Source of the DNA: Fimbriosthenelais zetlandica
Taxonomy: Eukaryota
Direction of reading: 5' to 3'
Assembly: GCA_977030845.1 (NCBI GenBank)
Contig: OZ365110.1
Coordinates: 19,902,001-19,966,000, forward strand
DNA length: 64,000 bases
Part shown: piece by piece, positions 39,306 to 54,046 of the stretch
How positions within the stretch are numbered: the stretch's first letter is position 1
Layout of the letters: the number at the start of each line of letters is the position of its first letter
Made by a program: the position numbers and the translations under genes
The notes under the pieces: generated by a model
The model's database searches: none
What the model was told of the DNA's origin: nothing
Seen by the model: the letters and a program-made list of their open reading frames with translations, nothing else

Positions 39306-41973
39306 TCTTCAGATACTCTCCTGTAGGTGTTCATCAAAACAAACATGGCATCATCAGACATTTTATTGTAGGGTGCTCTCTTAGCCTCATGGGGCCTTCT
39401 GAGTGTTTAGTAGCGGGTGCCTTAATGTCCTCTTTTACCCCAAATCCCCCCTGGCATATCAGTCAATCAACAAACACATGGCAATGCAAACCATTGCCGA
39501 GACAAGCTGACATATATCTCCATGCTACACCTGCATCCAGATTGGAATGGGTCTCCAGGTATATTCAGCCATGCCCCAGGCCTCATGTCCCTGATGCCGT
39601 TGAATTTGCCGTTCATTTTACACTCTAAAACATTAAGTCATCCTTAACTTAAATCCAATCATGACCTCGTTCCTTGCTTAGCATGCTTAGCAAAGTTGTT
39701 AAGCAGAAAGTAGGTTAAAATATTAAGAACTCTCAGATGTTTTCTGGGGTATTCAAATGACATTCTAAGGAAATTAATGTTTTAGATATCCTTGCAATTC
39801 CAATTGCCTTCATTGCTCCCATTGATTGCTACAATTTGTGAAAAATACTCAACTGCGCTCATTGTTGCCACTCATAATTGTGAGGATGCAGGGGGTCATA
39901 AATTAGGTATAATTTTATGCTTAATCTTTAACATATAACTAGCACATTATATAGACTTCCACTGGGAGTATAGCCCAGTCATTTGCCATAACAAATCCTC
40001 CCATCACAACACGACATCTCAATACATGTACTATACATGAATATGCTATCTACTGTGCTATTACGATTGATTCTATGTCATTCAGACTCTTCTATTGAGT
40101 GAGAGAAAAGGTGTTTTCCGGCATCATTCTCACGACATAGCTTCTAACTCTCCTTCTAATCTCTCTGTCTGTTTATCAGCCTCAGCTAAGCAAAACAAAC
40201 AGCCAACGGCCGCCATAACGTGCCCACGTGCTGACTGGCCCATTCGATACACTAAACCACTTTTTGAACTACTCGCCCGCTCAAAGGAGGTCCCACTACA
40301 AGGGTAAAACATGGTGTTATTTGATTTCTCTTCTCATCTCCATGGAAACTTTAGATGGAGGTCAGAAATAAGAGATTCAATTGTGGTTTTTGTCAGTTTC
40401 AATGGTGTACTGCTAGTTTTAATAATTCTGCATAAAGTGAAACTTCTGGAGGAATCTTTACGTTTAATTACTCTTTTCATCAAAAGACTACACTCGCAGT
40501 TTAATATTTTAATATATCGAGTTACAAGTGGTAAAGAACAATTCTTATCACGTACATGAATGAGTCTTTTGTGTCTTTTATTGAAAGAAATGTTGAAGGA
40601 TATAGGTACATGCTCATAATATTATGTACAGTATTATATAATGTACTAATATATTGGGTTAGCTGGAGGTCATTCGTTCTTACACACAAATAGAGAGAGA
40701 GAGGAAGAGAGAATAAACATCATTAGTTAGATCTGGGACCAATGGCTCTCACGGGAAGCAAGGATAGAAACTAAATCCGTTGAAAGACCCCTGAATACAG
40801 AGAGAAAACACATACAAACAATTCCCCATTTTATTATTGGCACAATGCATCATTCATGAAGATATCCACAATACACAAACCACAGCTGATTTAATAAATC
40901 AATGACTATTATACGATCCATCCTCCAGCATTCTTCCCCGGCCATCGTAAACCTGCTATTGGTCTGATTAAATCCCCCAGCGGCGGCCGCAGGCTTTTGG
41001 ACATTTTCCCAAATAGATACATATAGAGTAGTGATTGGGAGTTTGAGTCCAGGGAATGGGAGGCTCATCAAATGCTAGATTGACACTCTGTTTGGACTGT
41101 ATATACCTGTGGATAGATTGGTATCGGGTAGAAAGAGAGCGGCAGAGCACATGCCCTCATGATGTTAGTATTGCTCTGTGTTTCATTAGAAAGCCTCCCC
41201 AAGGCTGGCTTCCGTCTATATGGACTTTGCCAATATTGGTTCTTATGGCCGGTCTGGGCGAAGACTGAGTGGAAACTCCCTCCTCTGGATACTACCATGT
41301 GATTGTATATATGTCTATCTGTAGGTTCCATCACATGTTTATGCCTTTCCATTTTTTGCGGGGTCAATGAGCCATGCATGTAGGGCCAGGTGTTTATGGA
41401 TCCTTACTAAACAAGTGTGCTTATACAGAAAGCCACTTGGTACAATAGCCCTTTTAGTTGTCATTATGATCAATTGGATACTTTTGTTTCGTTTTGTGGT
41501 GCTATGGTATGTCATTGCTTGCAGGCAGATCTTCTTTTGCCTTGCATGTTCTCCATTATAAACTATAATGTTTCAAAGGGGACTCCAGCTGTGCGCTACT
41601 TCTTTATTTGATTGATACTCTCCTCTCCCTTTCATAGAGGAGCCATAATTACTCTACCTAATTTATAAATCAATTCATTCATGACTTGAATTTGGTTATA
41701 CTATAAATCACCCTGAAGCAGATTTTTTTTTGACAATCTGAATAAAATATTGAGCGATATTCTTGCCAGCATATTTTCCATGGAACATATCCTTATTTTA
41801 TCATTTCAATTAACATAATCCTGCGCCCGACTATAATTGATGCATATATTTTTGCCCATGATTTACCATTAGTTCTGTCTAGATATTTCCATAAAAATGA
41901 TAACTCCCTTCGTATCCAACTGATTTACTCCTCCCCCACATGTATGTTATCTACACCTATGCTATTCCCCATT

Positions 41974-42019
41974 CTAACTATTATTCATATGTTTTATTCT
42001 TTGCCCGAAGGAGGTAAGT
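41974..42019 (+). other. Branch point + pyrimidine tract + AAG GAG + GTAAGT (3-nt microexon or ratchet point)
   Basis: CTAAC at 41974-41978, no AG until AAG at 42008-42010, then GAG (42011-42013) and GTAAGT (42014-42019). Confidence 0.35.
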
Positions 42020-42145
42020 AAAAATCTCAAAGATTTTCACGCTGCAGATCTATAGATTCATGAAGTCTTTGTTGTGCCATTGATCGACGTGGATTGGTTT
42101 TGAGGTCTAATCGTAATAAGCTAACATCGTAACATTGTCAATTTG

Positions 42146-42150
<5 letters not shown>

Positions 42151-42180
<30 letters not shown>
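42151..42180. repeat. (TA)15 microsatellite
   Basis: Uninterrupted TA dinucleotide run of 30 bp. Confidence 0.97.
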
Positions 42181-42183
<3 letters not shown>

Positions 42184-45100
42184 CCATTCATACTCACCTT
42201 ATTCTGATGATAAAAACTGTAGAGTGAATACTCTGACAAAGTGACAATTGTTTGTGTTCTGTTTAGTGGAGTTTTTCATTTTTAAAATAGATTAGAATAC
42301 AACAATGTGATTCTGTGAGTGTGCTATTGGTTAATACTAAGTAAAAGTACTTCATACTTTTACTTTGTATATATGTGGTGTGAAATGGGAATCTTGTCTT
42401 TCACTGTATTGTGTTGTTGAAACATCTTTCCTAATAAAGGCTTAGTTGGATTAATAATATGTTTCTCATACGCTATTTTACCTGAAAAGGTCATGCATAT
42501 TAACTCAGCAATAAGTGTCTTACATCAGATGCCACAATTTCTCAAAATTATTATCGATCTGTTCACCCTTATGTCTAGCCGATCATATTGCCAAGGCATT
42601 ACGCCTAAGTAAACGATCGAACGGCTTACACTCGTTAGGTCTTTCTATTGGATTATGGATGAACTGATATTACAATCAGGCACTATCTGTCAATATCTGG
42701 ATAGTAGTTTGAACAGTTCCTACTAGTGGTCACTTTATAAATAGAAGTAGGTATTAAAACATAAGAATACAATATTTAGTGGTATCGAGGTGGCTAGTCA
42801 TCCCTGTTGATATTATTCAATTATGGGAGAATTTTGAAATGTATAAATTACCTCAAGTCTCGGAAGTGCATTTTACATTGAATCCTAGATTATGTTACTG
42901 AATAACAGATAATGTTACTAACATTATTGTAGAAACAATACTAATTTAAATTAGAAATGACAATATATTCGTCATACATGAAATCTGTAATAAAGGCCTG
43001 TTGTCAGGTTGTATTCATGAGATGTTATATTGAAAAGGAAACTATTATATCTCCATTAAAATCATATTATAAGTGATGAAAACCATTTTATGCCCCGCTT
43101 TCAGCTTGCCATCCTGTCGTCACACATCTTGTCTAAATACAAATTTACACACTGTTGAGAATAGGCAGCCGACAAAATGAAGTATACTTCAATTAAGCTG
43201 AGACAACATTGTAATTGACAATGGATCACTAGTCATAAAAAAGGTCCTTTTCCACCACTAACACTATGAAACATTAATGAAAGCCAATTATGGGAGTCTT
43301 CATTTCAAAAGGGAATAGTCTGTACCAAAGTTGCTGACAGCTTGAGATTTTACTCTTTGTCATGAATTTCAAATATTAGCCAACAAATTTAAAGTTGGTC
43401 ATTATTTTTTAGTGGTTCAGGCCTAATTGGTGGTTTACTAAACCATTATATGTCTCCCTTGTCTCATGGATTCATTTTCTCAGTTATCCCCGTTCTATTT
43501 GTGTTGAACAATAGTTATTCACAGCAGAAAACTATATTTTTAACCATAAATTATAACCTTTGTCATTATGAATTCACAGATCTCAACCAAATGTTACCAA
43601 GTCTCACCAAAAGTGATCAGCCCTCATTCCTCAGCAAGTTACTTGTCATTCCACTATGCATTATTGATGGTCAATTGTAGTAGATATCAAATAATAGAGT
43701 CCCATTAGCTTTGGGCAACAGATTTGTAACATTCAAAAATGAATCTAAAATGAATTATTGCACTTAAATTCTTGCTGAAGTGGGACTGTGCAATGTTCCC
43801 CTTAATGATAGCTGATAGCAAGGCTATTGATTTTCATTTTATCTCAATGTTTACTGAGATTGAAAGGCATGAATATTACAAATAATTGATGAGTCTCTCC
43901 CTCTCTCTCCTGAGAGGCACCATCCCAATGACCAATACCAAAGGGTATATGTGCCATCCGTTTCAACATTCAATTAGCAATTTACAATGAAATATTAGGT
44001 ATTCATGAGCCAGTACAGGTAGAATGGTACTCGATTGGCTCCTCGAGGGACGATTAAAAGCTGATAAGCGAAATATTGGGTAAGCTGTGTAACAATTTTT
44101 GTTTACATCAATCTATTCACATTCAAAGGCCAAATTATGCCCAATTAACATAAGAATTCATAATATTAGTAAGGAAAAGCTTAGCCTATAATTATTCGTC
44201 TGTGGTATGAATTGTACACAGTGCTTGAGGAATATATTGTGTTCTCTGTAGCAGGCAAACTCATTTGTAACTCCGGTGCTTTTGATCAACTTTCAAAGCG
44301 CCCTGTCAATGGCTGGCTACCATCTAATCTTACCTATTTACTATTCCTATCATGCCCATTGCCCATCTAGGATACTTTCACCATAAGTTGGTGTCTTCTT
44401 GGAGACATAATGAACTGACACACGCCATTGCTCATTTTTCTCTCATTCTGTCATCTTGGCTTCCCTGGGTCTGGCAGATGAATTAAATGGGAAGAAGGAG
44501 ATGAATTATCACAGAGAAGTGTACGTGGAATGGCATGTTAAGGGCCTTTATAATGTGAGCTATCTGAACACCAGAGGACTCATGGACAGAGTGGCGTCAC
44601 AACCTGTCTCCCCGGACTTAGTCATGGGTAAATGGAACATACACCATTCCTCCACTACATACACCCAGAAAATTGATTATAAGAGAGGTTTTTTTCAGTA
44701 TTCTCACTATCATGAAAACCTTTTATCATAAGACAATATCAGTTGGCCTGATTACTAAAGTATAGGGTGAGGCTTGAAACTACTTGAAATGCAAATTTTA
44801 TGCAATTGCTCAGATGTTTTCCTGGTTTTAGACAAGAACCTGTGAATGATAAAAGCTGATTTTTTCTTCTAAGATGTGCCTTAAAGTTTTCGTTTTGCTG
44901 TTATCATTGCAAGAGTCTGACAGGACGGCCAGTGGGATTTTTTTTATAGGATGCCAGGAAAATGACCCCTTGTCCTGACTAGAAAAGGTAGAGTCAGTCT
45001 GGCCTGAGTCAAGTTTAAGCTTCTCAAGCTGGCATACTGCTTTGATGTGTAGATGTAGGGAAAGCAGTCAGATGGGACAGGTCGAGGGGCCTACCATCCT

Positions 45101-47597
45101 CCATGATTTTACCATTGATGACTGCCTCAGTTGGGGGTCGGCCCTGTATTATGGGCACACAGACCATTAGATATATAGCAGGCCTTTCATTCCATTGCAG
45201 TCTTTCATTTTCCTTCAACTCTCAAGGCACCCAGTTTATTACCCTAGTTGACGAGCAAAGGGAATATTAAGTATATATGTATGAGAGAATCCTTCTGAAA
45301 TATATTGCATGCCATGGCATTCTAGACAAGCATGGTGAGGAGGAAATCCTTTGAGTACGGTTTCTGTATTTTCAATGTGGTTACCTTTAGCAAATGATCT
45401 GTCTGATCTTTAATGCTTTTAAAAGTTAAAAAGAAATTAGCCATGTAGCATGCAATGAGTCAATTATCCTGCGTACTTTGGCTGCTAAAATAGACTTATG
45501 GGCCAAATAAATTAGAGGCCAGCGGGTGTTCTCTGTACCTTCCAAATTCCAATAGGTGTTTGTAGCTGCTTCCTTCAATTCATTTTCTAAAAACAAGCTT
45601 CGATTTAAATAATAGCGTGAGTTGCATAAAATAATAAGTGGACAAGTGCACAAGTAATTAGTATTTTAGGAAAATTCCCTATCTTGCAGAGATACTGTAA
45701 AGCAGCATATGTAGCATTCATATACAAGAAACTAAGCATATATAACAAAATGGAGTCCATGAAGACCTGTAACTCTCATCCCCTGTATGCAGGGCTGGAA
45801 AATATAGTTGCAGATACATACTGGGAATTGGGTGTAGTTCTTGTGAAAATTCCTATACTTTGTACTGATGTAATTGGATATCTGGACTCATTTGTATAAT
45901 TGGTTGGCGATGGACTTGCAACATCTAACGATCAGTGCCAAGATCTGTATTGCTAGGTTCAATACAATCTATTTGTTTGGACTCGTTCTGTGACCAACTG
46001 ATACAAAGTTTTCTCTGTTATCAGTGGTTAACATTTTGCCCTGAATTGCAGACATTTTGGCAAGGCATGGATTAACAGTAACCTTTCACACTGCAAAGCC
46101 CCTTTCAGCTACTTCTGATTTGTCACACACATGTAGTTTTAACACATGTATATCAATGGATTTTGGATCCGAGAGGTGCACTTCTGTAAATACGATGTAG
46201 ATATCTAGAATCTACCTGGAAATATTTTGACGATCATTTCATTTGTTGTAAAACCAGATATGGATGGTTATAACACCTGTGGCAGCTGTTCCATGAAGCT
46301 CAAGAAATATCATTGTCGAAAACGTTCAAGTCCTTCCTGACCATCAAATTGAACATTCTAATTCGCACCCCTTGGTCTAGAACTTTGCCTATTCTAAATA
46401 AACCTGTGAAGGGTGAACTATCCATGCTGATTTCCAATCTGTATTTCAAACACAACTTCGTTTGCTGAAACCAAAATGATTTAGAAATTGAGCCAATATT
46501 GAATTTCAGAGTCCTAATCTGAAGCATGGTGACCTGGTTTACTGCCCAAAATTCAATTGAAAAACCAAAATAAGCTTTAAAGGGATTGTAGATCGAGGTC
46601 TTTAAAAGATTTTATTTTCCTTGATTAGTTGTTCTTATATGAACACTTGCAGACATGGCCTATACCTATATTGAGGTAGACTCACCCTAGACCACTGCGG
46701 GTGGGCCTTCACTCCTTCAGGTGTTGTTACCTTGACCACGTACGTGTGTTGGTGGCATTTGAAATTCGTGTCAGGAGTAATTATTGAAAAAAAAATGAAA
46801 CGAGGGAACTGTGGAAAATAGCTTGAAAGCACACTGACATATCATACCACACATCGCTAATGCAGGCCACAACTTGATCCTGCCCAAAACTAAACAATAT
46901 TCGGATTTTACTTGGACCTCACCAACAAAAGAGTCTTTAATATATAATCCAAAGTTCAGACCAGAGAAATTAAATAATCTCTCTGATCAGACTATTGAGA
47001 AATATAGTTTTTCTCATTTGTGAAAGAATGTAATGATGAATTTTATCATCTATTTCTGGTCATATCAATGTTATATACAAGTGGTTGTTTTACTTCTAGT
47101 GAAACTAAAAATATGAACCAGCTTTTATCGTATCTGAGATAATGATATTTGACAGATAATGTCATCACCTGAGCTCACTTTCCTGGAAGGCGGCCTTGGG
47201 GGTACTGGAGGAGCTAAAGGATTGTAGACTCTAAAATCACAATGTTGTACCAAAGTAGATGGGCGAAATTCAAGACAGGCTTTCTGGATAAGCCGGTGTG
47301 ACTTCAAGTTGAAATCCACTCGTCTCAGAGACAGTGGCATGGCTCCAAATTTGTGGCAGACTCTTAATGAAATCTTTTTCTCCGCCTGAACCTTGTATGG
47401 ACTCCATCGGATATCCTCACTAGTGATTTTTCATCCTCAATGTGCCCTCAGTTCTGACTTTCTCATTTAAAAGAACGGAAATCTAAAGATCCTCCAGCCT
47501 TCTTGTTCATGTATTAAGATATCTTATGCTTTATTGGCAAACTTTAATGAGTAGTTCCAAGCCTGAACTCAGGTGACCAGGCCTATATAGGCTTAAT

Positions 47598-47611
47598 GGG
47601 GGGGGGGGGGG
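47598..47611. repeat. G14 homopolymer
   Basis: Run of 14 G. Confidence 0.95.
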
Positions 47612-49323
47612 ATACTCTATCTATGTACAATAATGCAACTCCAGAACGCTATCAGATTGGACTACACTTCCCATTGTTTCAGAAATTTATGAAATATATG
47701 GAATGGATATAAATGATAAAAGGCGTCCTCAATCCATCCGCTTTTAGCTTGATTGCCGATCTGTCAATACATGCATGTGCCTTTTTGTGGCTTCCTTCCC
47801 TCGCCTCATGTGAAAATGATACAAAGCATGTAAGCAAAACTTTGTGTGTGAGGCATGCATTTTCCTCATGATTCTCAACATAAAAGGTTCTCTTTACTCG
47901 CCCTTATCTCCAACAAAGGCCTCAAAGCATACATTGTTGTTTGCCATCTATGGAATATTAAAGGCCATGAGTCTTGTTTGAACTGTATTGAAGCTGAACC
48001 ATGATGGTTTACATTGTTTCATCAGTGAGTTCTGATAATGAACATCACCCTTATATTGAATACACATAACAAATTATTAACTGATCTTAACAGCTCATAG
48101 GGTGATCACCTAGGTTACTGAGATCAGTACTAATCCAATTAATGCTCCCTGAGTGAATAGTTTAATGAAAAGGGTACCTACTTATTGATGAAATTATTAA
48201 CTAATAAGTATATCCTTAAAGTCTTGCATGGGATGCAGAATTTTTTCATTTGACTAATTAAATTTGGACAAAAATGATTTGGATTAATCAATCTATGACA
48301 GCCTAGTTGTCAAGGCATAACTGACATGGCTTCTCCTTTCCAACTGTTTCTAAATCTTTCAAAGCACACCTCCCTTTGACGTTCGTTTATGGCCTCATTT
48401 CTCATTGACAGGAGTACACAGATAGTATAAAGCCCCCTGGAAAAGCTCTAATCATTCATACACGAAAATAAGAATTATTGCTTGGAGCGAATTCCGATAT
48501 AGGCATTTCTCTCCAGTTTGATCAGACGCAGGTTGACTATAGTATTTGAATGGATGGATGATGTTCTTCCTCGTACATTTTGTAATAGGCAATTTGTCCA
48601 TTTTATGACATTTTCCTATGTGCCCGTAAAATGTGTTGATTTAAAGCTACATGGAATAGAAAAGAGGATAATAAATCTAAAAGTTTAAAGAATGTAATCT
48701 ATCGTGGCTAAACCAGAATAATAAAACAACTTGTCATACATTCACTTTTCAGAATCGGGCAAAATTCCCCAATACTTTGTGATGGATTTCCCTTTCCACA
48801 TTAAATATTCCTCTGAAATGAAGACCGCAATCCACTAATTGTGGATAATCATAACAGCTTTTGTTGTCTTTATTGCCATGATCAAAACAATATCCCTCCC
48901 CTATATCTGGGCCCTGCCGTGTCAAAGGAAGGCACCTGCAGGTTACATGCTTGGATAGTTGGGCAAATTGCCTGTGAAATCATGTTGAAGCTGGTTATTG
49001 AGCACCTTTCTGTGTCAACCATTCGTCCTAATCTCATCGTTTGAATGCCCACTCCTTGCCTCCAGTAATCTATCTCATGATTGTCTCTACCATCACTTAA
49101 AAGTGACTAATGTGTTGGATCATATCTATACACAGTCCATTGGTTTTAAGTTAGCATCCAATGGCCATAAAGATACCCCTGAAATAGTTTGGACATCAAG
49201 AAAGCATTAGTGGTAGTCTGTATAGATGTGCAGAAGAGAATTTGCTGCTGATGTACGAAGTTTCATAGAAACACTCAGAGAAGCGTACTTTATGATTCTG
49301 ATTTATTTAATCTGTCCTTTATG

Positions 49324-49599
49324 CTTCCCGGGGCTGAAGACCATATACTACATCTTGTTTGGAGCATATAAAATATGGCGTTTGGGAAAGGATGACCAAT
49401 TTGGATCCTATCCAATCTCACTCTCCTTCTCCATCCTTGAACGTTGTATATTCTGCCCTGAGTACTGTGGCTGGCCCAGATTGATCTGCGCAAAGGACGC
49501 ATTTAAGCTTTGTTGGACTGAAGTCTATTGGAACATGGGGCAGGTTTGTTGGCGGGTCAATGTTGCGAAGCTAGTCAGGTCGGCAAACACTTGACTGGA
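49324..49599 (-). mobile_element. Faint LINE RT C-terminal remnant
   Basis: One minus frame with stops reads SQVFADL...QYSGQNIQ...NW...NKM*YMVFSPGK. The end resembles the post-YADD segment W...N.L.LN..KT.YMVFS, but YADD is absent and the spacing is too short. Confidence 0.2.
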
Positions 49600-52500
49600 G
49601 AAGATGAAAGGTTTTGTGGTAATTGCTTAGGGCTTGTGGATGAGTTGTAGCCTTAGTGAAGTGTTCCCACTAAATATGGTCCCATCCCGTAAGGGCCTCC
49701 TGCGGCTCCTCTGCCCCTGCCTGTTATACAGTGGAGAGCCTGAGAGTCCAATGTGCCATGGTTGATTAATTTTTATACAACTTTACATGCCTTCCCCAGA
49801 CACAAGTTACACACGGTATCTGATCTGATTGTTACCTAAGCTTTTTTTGCTTTTTTTTTTTATACAAAATAACAAAAGTATTAATTTACAGGTTAGAAAT
49901 GACAAAAATAAAAGTTATATAGGAACGAAAACCTCGAAGGGCTTATATATGTTCCCTTTACAGATACAGGGACTTTTTAACAGAACATGAGGTTTGGACA
50001 TGTCATTAATTGATATACACTTTTATATTATAATATATTGAAACACAAGCTGGTAACAATGTAGTCTTGATAAAAAATTCTTTACAGCATATTATTTATT
50101 ACACCTGTGAGGACCTGTGAATCTTGGAGATGACAAAAGATCATTCAAAGAAAATATCTCTAGCACATTTTTTTTATCAACGTATTAAATAAATTTCCGG
50201 TGGATTTACATCAGGCCATGCGCAGGAGGCAAATGCTTTAAATGTCCCACGACAATGCCTGAAATCCACTGACATCCTCCCCTCGCAATTTCCTCCCATC
50301 TATATACAATTCCAGCTCAAATAGAGATTTCTCTAAGTGTATTATACTAAAGTAGATTTCTTTCTTCAGGAGAGCGTCTCATAATTCCATGAAGAGAGAT
50401 TTATACTTCAGCTGATTGAGTTTCCTGTTTGATCCTCACCCCCTCAGAAATGCATACCCCACGTACATTTTAAACACACTTTGTTGGCTGAAGTTTATGT
50501 TTACATGTGTGACATGGCTGTAAGGGGACATGGCAGAATGTTAGTGAATTGATTGATTATCTCATAATATCTGATTCCACCGGTAATGCCCTTCGTCCGA
50601 GGTGTGAATACAAAGTAGTTATCCTGAAAAACATTCTAGTTTGTACAATATTATTATGTTGTAAACGTTCCATCCCTGGCTAACATGGTTACAGAACACA
50701 CAACTTAGAAGATAGAATATAAAACAATAAGATAATTGTCTATAATCTGTATGTCCCACGCATCACGTACTTTCCCCTAAGACTTGGGATATGTGAAAGA
50801 TATTTTTCACAATCTATACAGGAGAGGATTGAAACTTTTCTTTACAATTTGAGTCCAGAACTCTATCCCTTGTTCCTGTTGCCATACACATCCATCATTT
50901 TAGTAGTTCGTATTCATGTCAGTTTTATAAGTTGCTTGAGGCAACTTCTAGTTTGGGAAGCTAGCTAATGGAACTTGTCACATACTTCCAACAAGGCACA
51001 TCTAACAATATGATGTTTTATTATATTGGTCGGAACGTTAGTGTCTTGGAATAAATTCTTAATCCATATTCTGAACTATTTTTGGTTGCTGTATAATGGT
51101 TTGATTGAATATTCAATGGAAGAGTGCGGCAGAACCAACAAGTAATGGGTCGTGGGGAAATTACTTGCTACACTCGCCAAATATGGACGAGTCAGATATT
51201 TTTATATTCATAACATGAGCAGTTTTTGACTTCCGGGTCCCAGTGTTGAGTTTCGTGGTAATTGACTAGAAGGAAAAAAGATCTCTCTCCCATTTAAGAG
51301 TAATCTATGGGCGTAATAAAAATATGGCTCCGGAATGATTGCTCTCAAAAGACTTTTTGTGATAGTGACCAATGTTAATCTTGCCACATTTGCTAATGTC
51401 AGATGTATCTATAAAACAAAATAGGTTGATGATGAATGGACAATATTGGCTATATATAGTTATTATCGTTATGGATCTTCAAATTGAAGTCATATATACA
51501 TTAATTATAATAGATTGAGATACAAAAATAAGTTGACATAAATTTTACGGATATTGTTCAACATTAAGTACTATTATCTTTTTAATATAGCCATGCCTGT
51601 AAGGGCATGCGTTAAACATTCTTTTTTAATCCTATTGGCGAAATATGATTATAAGATGTTGAACAATTTGCTGCCAACAGTGTTTTCCCTACCAGACTCG
51701 AGAATCTCTATCATAATCCTAATGACGATGCAATATATATAGCATCTTTTTAAAACGGTTATTCAACTCTGGTTGTATCTTCTGGCCATTATTTATGATT
51801 TAAGAGTCGTACCACACTAATGTTGCAGATCCAATTAGTGACAATTATACCACTGGAACTTTGGGGATAATCTCGCGAGGAGTTTATAAAAAAAAAAGAT
51901 GCATTGGTCCCTGCTGGCCAATTGTTATTCTATTGATTGCTCTGTGGACTGTCATCACATAACATGTACGGAAATGATGCTGATAATAGCACAGCCATAT
52001 AGATCTATATGTTAGATCAAAAACTGATAAGCATACATGACTGAGGAGATCCTCACAATGGAAGTGTGACCAATTAGCTTAATATGGTTGAGAGGGAAAC
52101 TTATAGTGGACCAGATTCTTCTGTTGGTGCAAGGATTTGATATATAATCTAGTCCCTTTATGAAATTTAAAATTAATATCTGTTAATCACTTTCAGTGCT
52201 GTGACAGATTATTTTGGAAGTAGTGATAGTTCATACAAGTACATTATATAGATGAAATATAGTATTTTTGTATAGGATATTTATCTTAAATACCTATATG
52301 TCGAATACTTACTCTCATTTCTATGAAAATCCCATATTCAAAAATTGACGTTATGTGGAAGTTCGTTTGATGTGAAAAGGCCGCTGCCAGTACAGTATAC
52401 AAGTACATTATTGCTATGATATTCTTTTCTAATTATAATAGCATTTTATAGATACCTAGATGTTGTAACATACTATTTTCTCTATGAAAACCTGCTACTC

Positions 52501-54046
52501 AAAGATTGACATATTGTGGTTTGTGTACACAGTGTGTTGGTAGCATGGGGTGGTTATCTCTGAGCTTGAAAACATTGAAAAAGCTGCCAACCTTACACAG
52601 AGGGGCTGCTCCTCTCCCCCACACTCTGATCCCAGAACCCTCTAACTAACGGGTAAAATCCTGCCTGGGATATTATGAGAAAACATAGACGGGTACAGTA
52701 AAAATCAATAAGGGTGCTCCTCTCCTGAGCCCCTTGACAGCTGTCAATAAGGTTTAGTGTTTTGACAGCCGCTCTGGCAGCACCTGCGACAGCTCAGCCT
52801 CCCAATCATACACTTTTCATGATATTCCCTTCAACCATACAGTCTTCATCCATCACAACCAAGTCATTTACATGAAGATTTAACTACATGATCCGTCTTA
52901 ATCTGTTAGGCATAATTACATTCATCCACTAGCTAGAGGCGTGGTTGAGCTCATTGGAAGACCCTCTGTTAGCATTATATTGTTTACTTGTGAGACCCAT
53001 AGACACCAGGACAAAAAAGACCATTTCTTGTCTGGTAATTGCTATTTATTCCCGAGCTGCCTCCATCATTTTCAAGCCATCCTATTAATTCCATCTAAGA
53101 TGATTAATCTTTTTTCATTACTAGACTTATTGAAAATCTAGGATATCATCTTGCACCAATATCTGATGAACTTCTGAAGAGAAATAAGCCTTATACCTGC
53201 ATGGATATGTCCTTAAGCAATAGTTAAAATTAATACTTTCCATACATTCTCACCTCTTATTCCCATGCAACCTTGATCACTTGATGCAGTTATGCGACTT
53301 GAAATCTCATTGAGTCCCTTCTACTGCCCTCAATAATGCAATGAATAGAATACTATTGAATTGAGGCTGATATATGGAATGGATCTGAATGTTTTATCCA
53401 GGTGCTATGAATGTGATTCAATGAAATGGTGAATGCCCTTGTCCGAGACTTAAGGGTTCATGCTGGCCCAACCTGACCCCCCAAATCCATCATGGACACC
53501 ATGTATAAGATGCCATCAAACCCTTAGCTGCAAATTATTCTTGCTCCAACATTAAAAAGTGCGAATATCATTTATAATTTTGTATTTTGGAGATAATAAT
53601 TTAAGCAACATAATATTCAAAACTATATGATGATCAGAGTATATTCACATAAATATAAATTGGGTTATGTGCAGGAATCAATGAAAAATTCCTGACCTGT
53701 AGCCTCTGCTGCAAGAAGTTACAGTGTATCGGCAATCGATGTTTCCTTGATGTGGTTTGAATAAGGTGAAATTGAGAAAGCATGTTCCCCAAGAAATGGC
53801 GTGAGGGAGATTGCAATGAAAAATATTAATTAAATCCGCCATGATTGCTTAATTTAGTAAACAAAGTAATTTCCAATGGATCCGATACTAAATCTCAGTC
53901 TATGGGTTCCAATACTTCTCTTTCATTATTTTTCATACCTCCAATTCTTACCTTATGACATCCAATCCTAAGCTCCAAGTGTAGGATTATGATGAAGACC
54001 CGCTAACCACAGAGTCATTATTTATTGAGAGAACCGTCTCTCAAGC

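Noticed and set aside
42198-42203. Possible 6-nt minus-strand microexon AATAAG before GTGAGT
   Set aside because: A competing CAG acceptor lies 13 nt upstream and would be reached first. The donor is real-looking but the exon boundary is undeterminable.
51871-51880. TCTCGCGAGG, near-match to the TCTCGCGAGA promoter palindrome
   Set aside because: Isolated, with no CpG enrichment or other promoter features around it.
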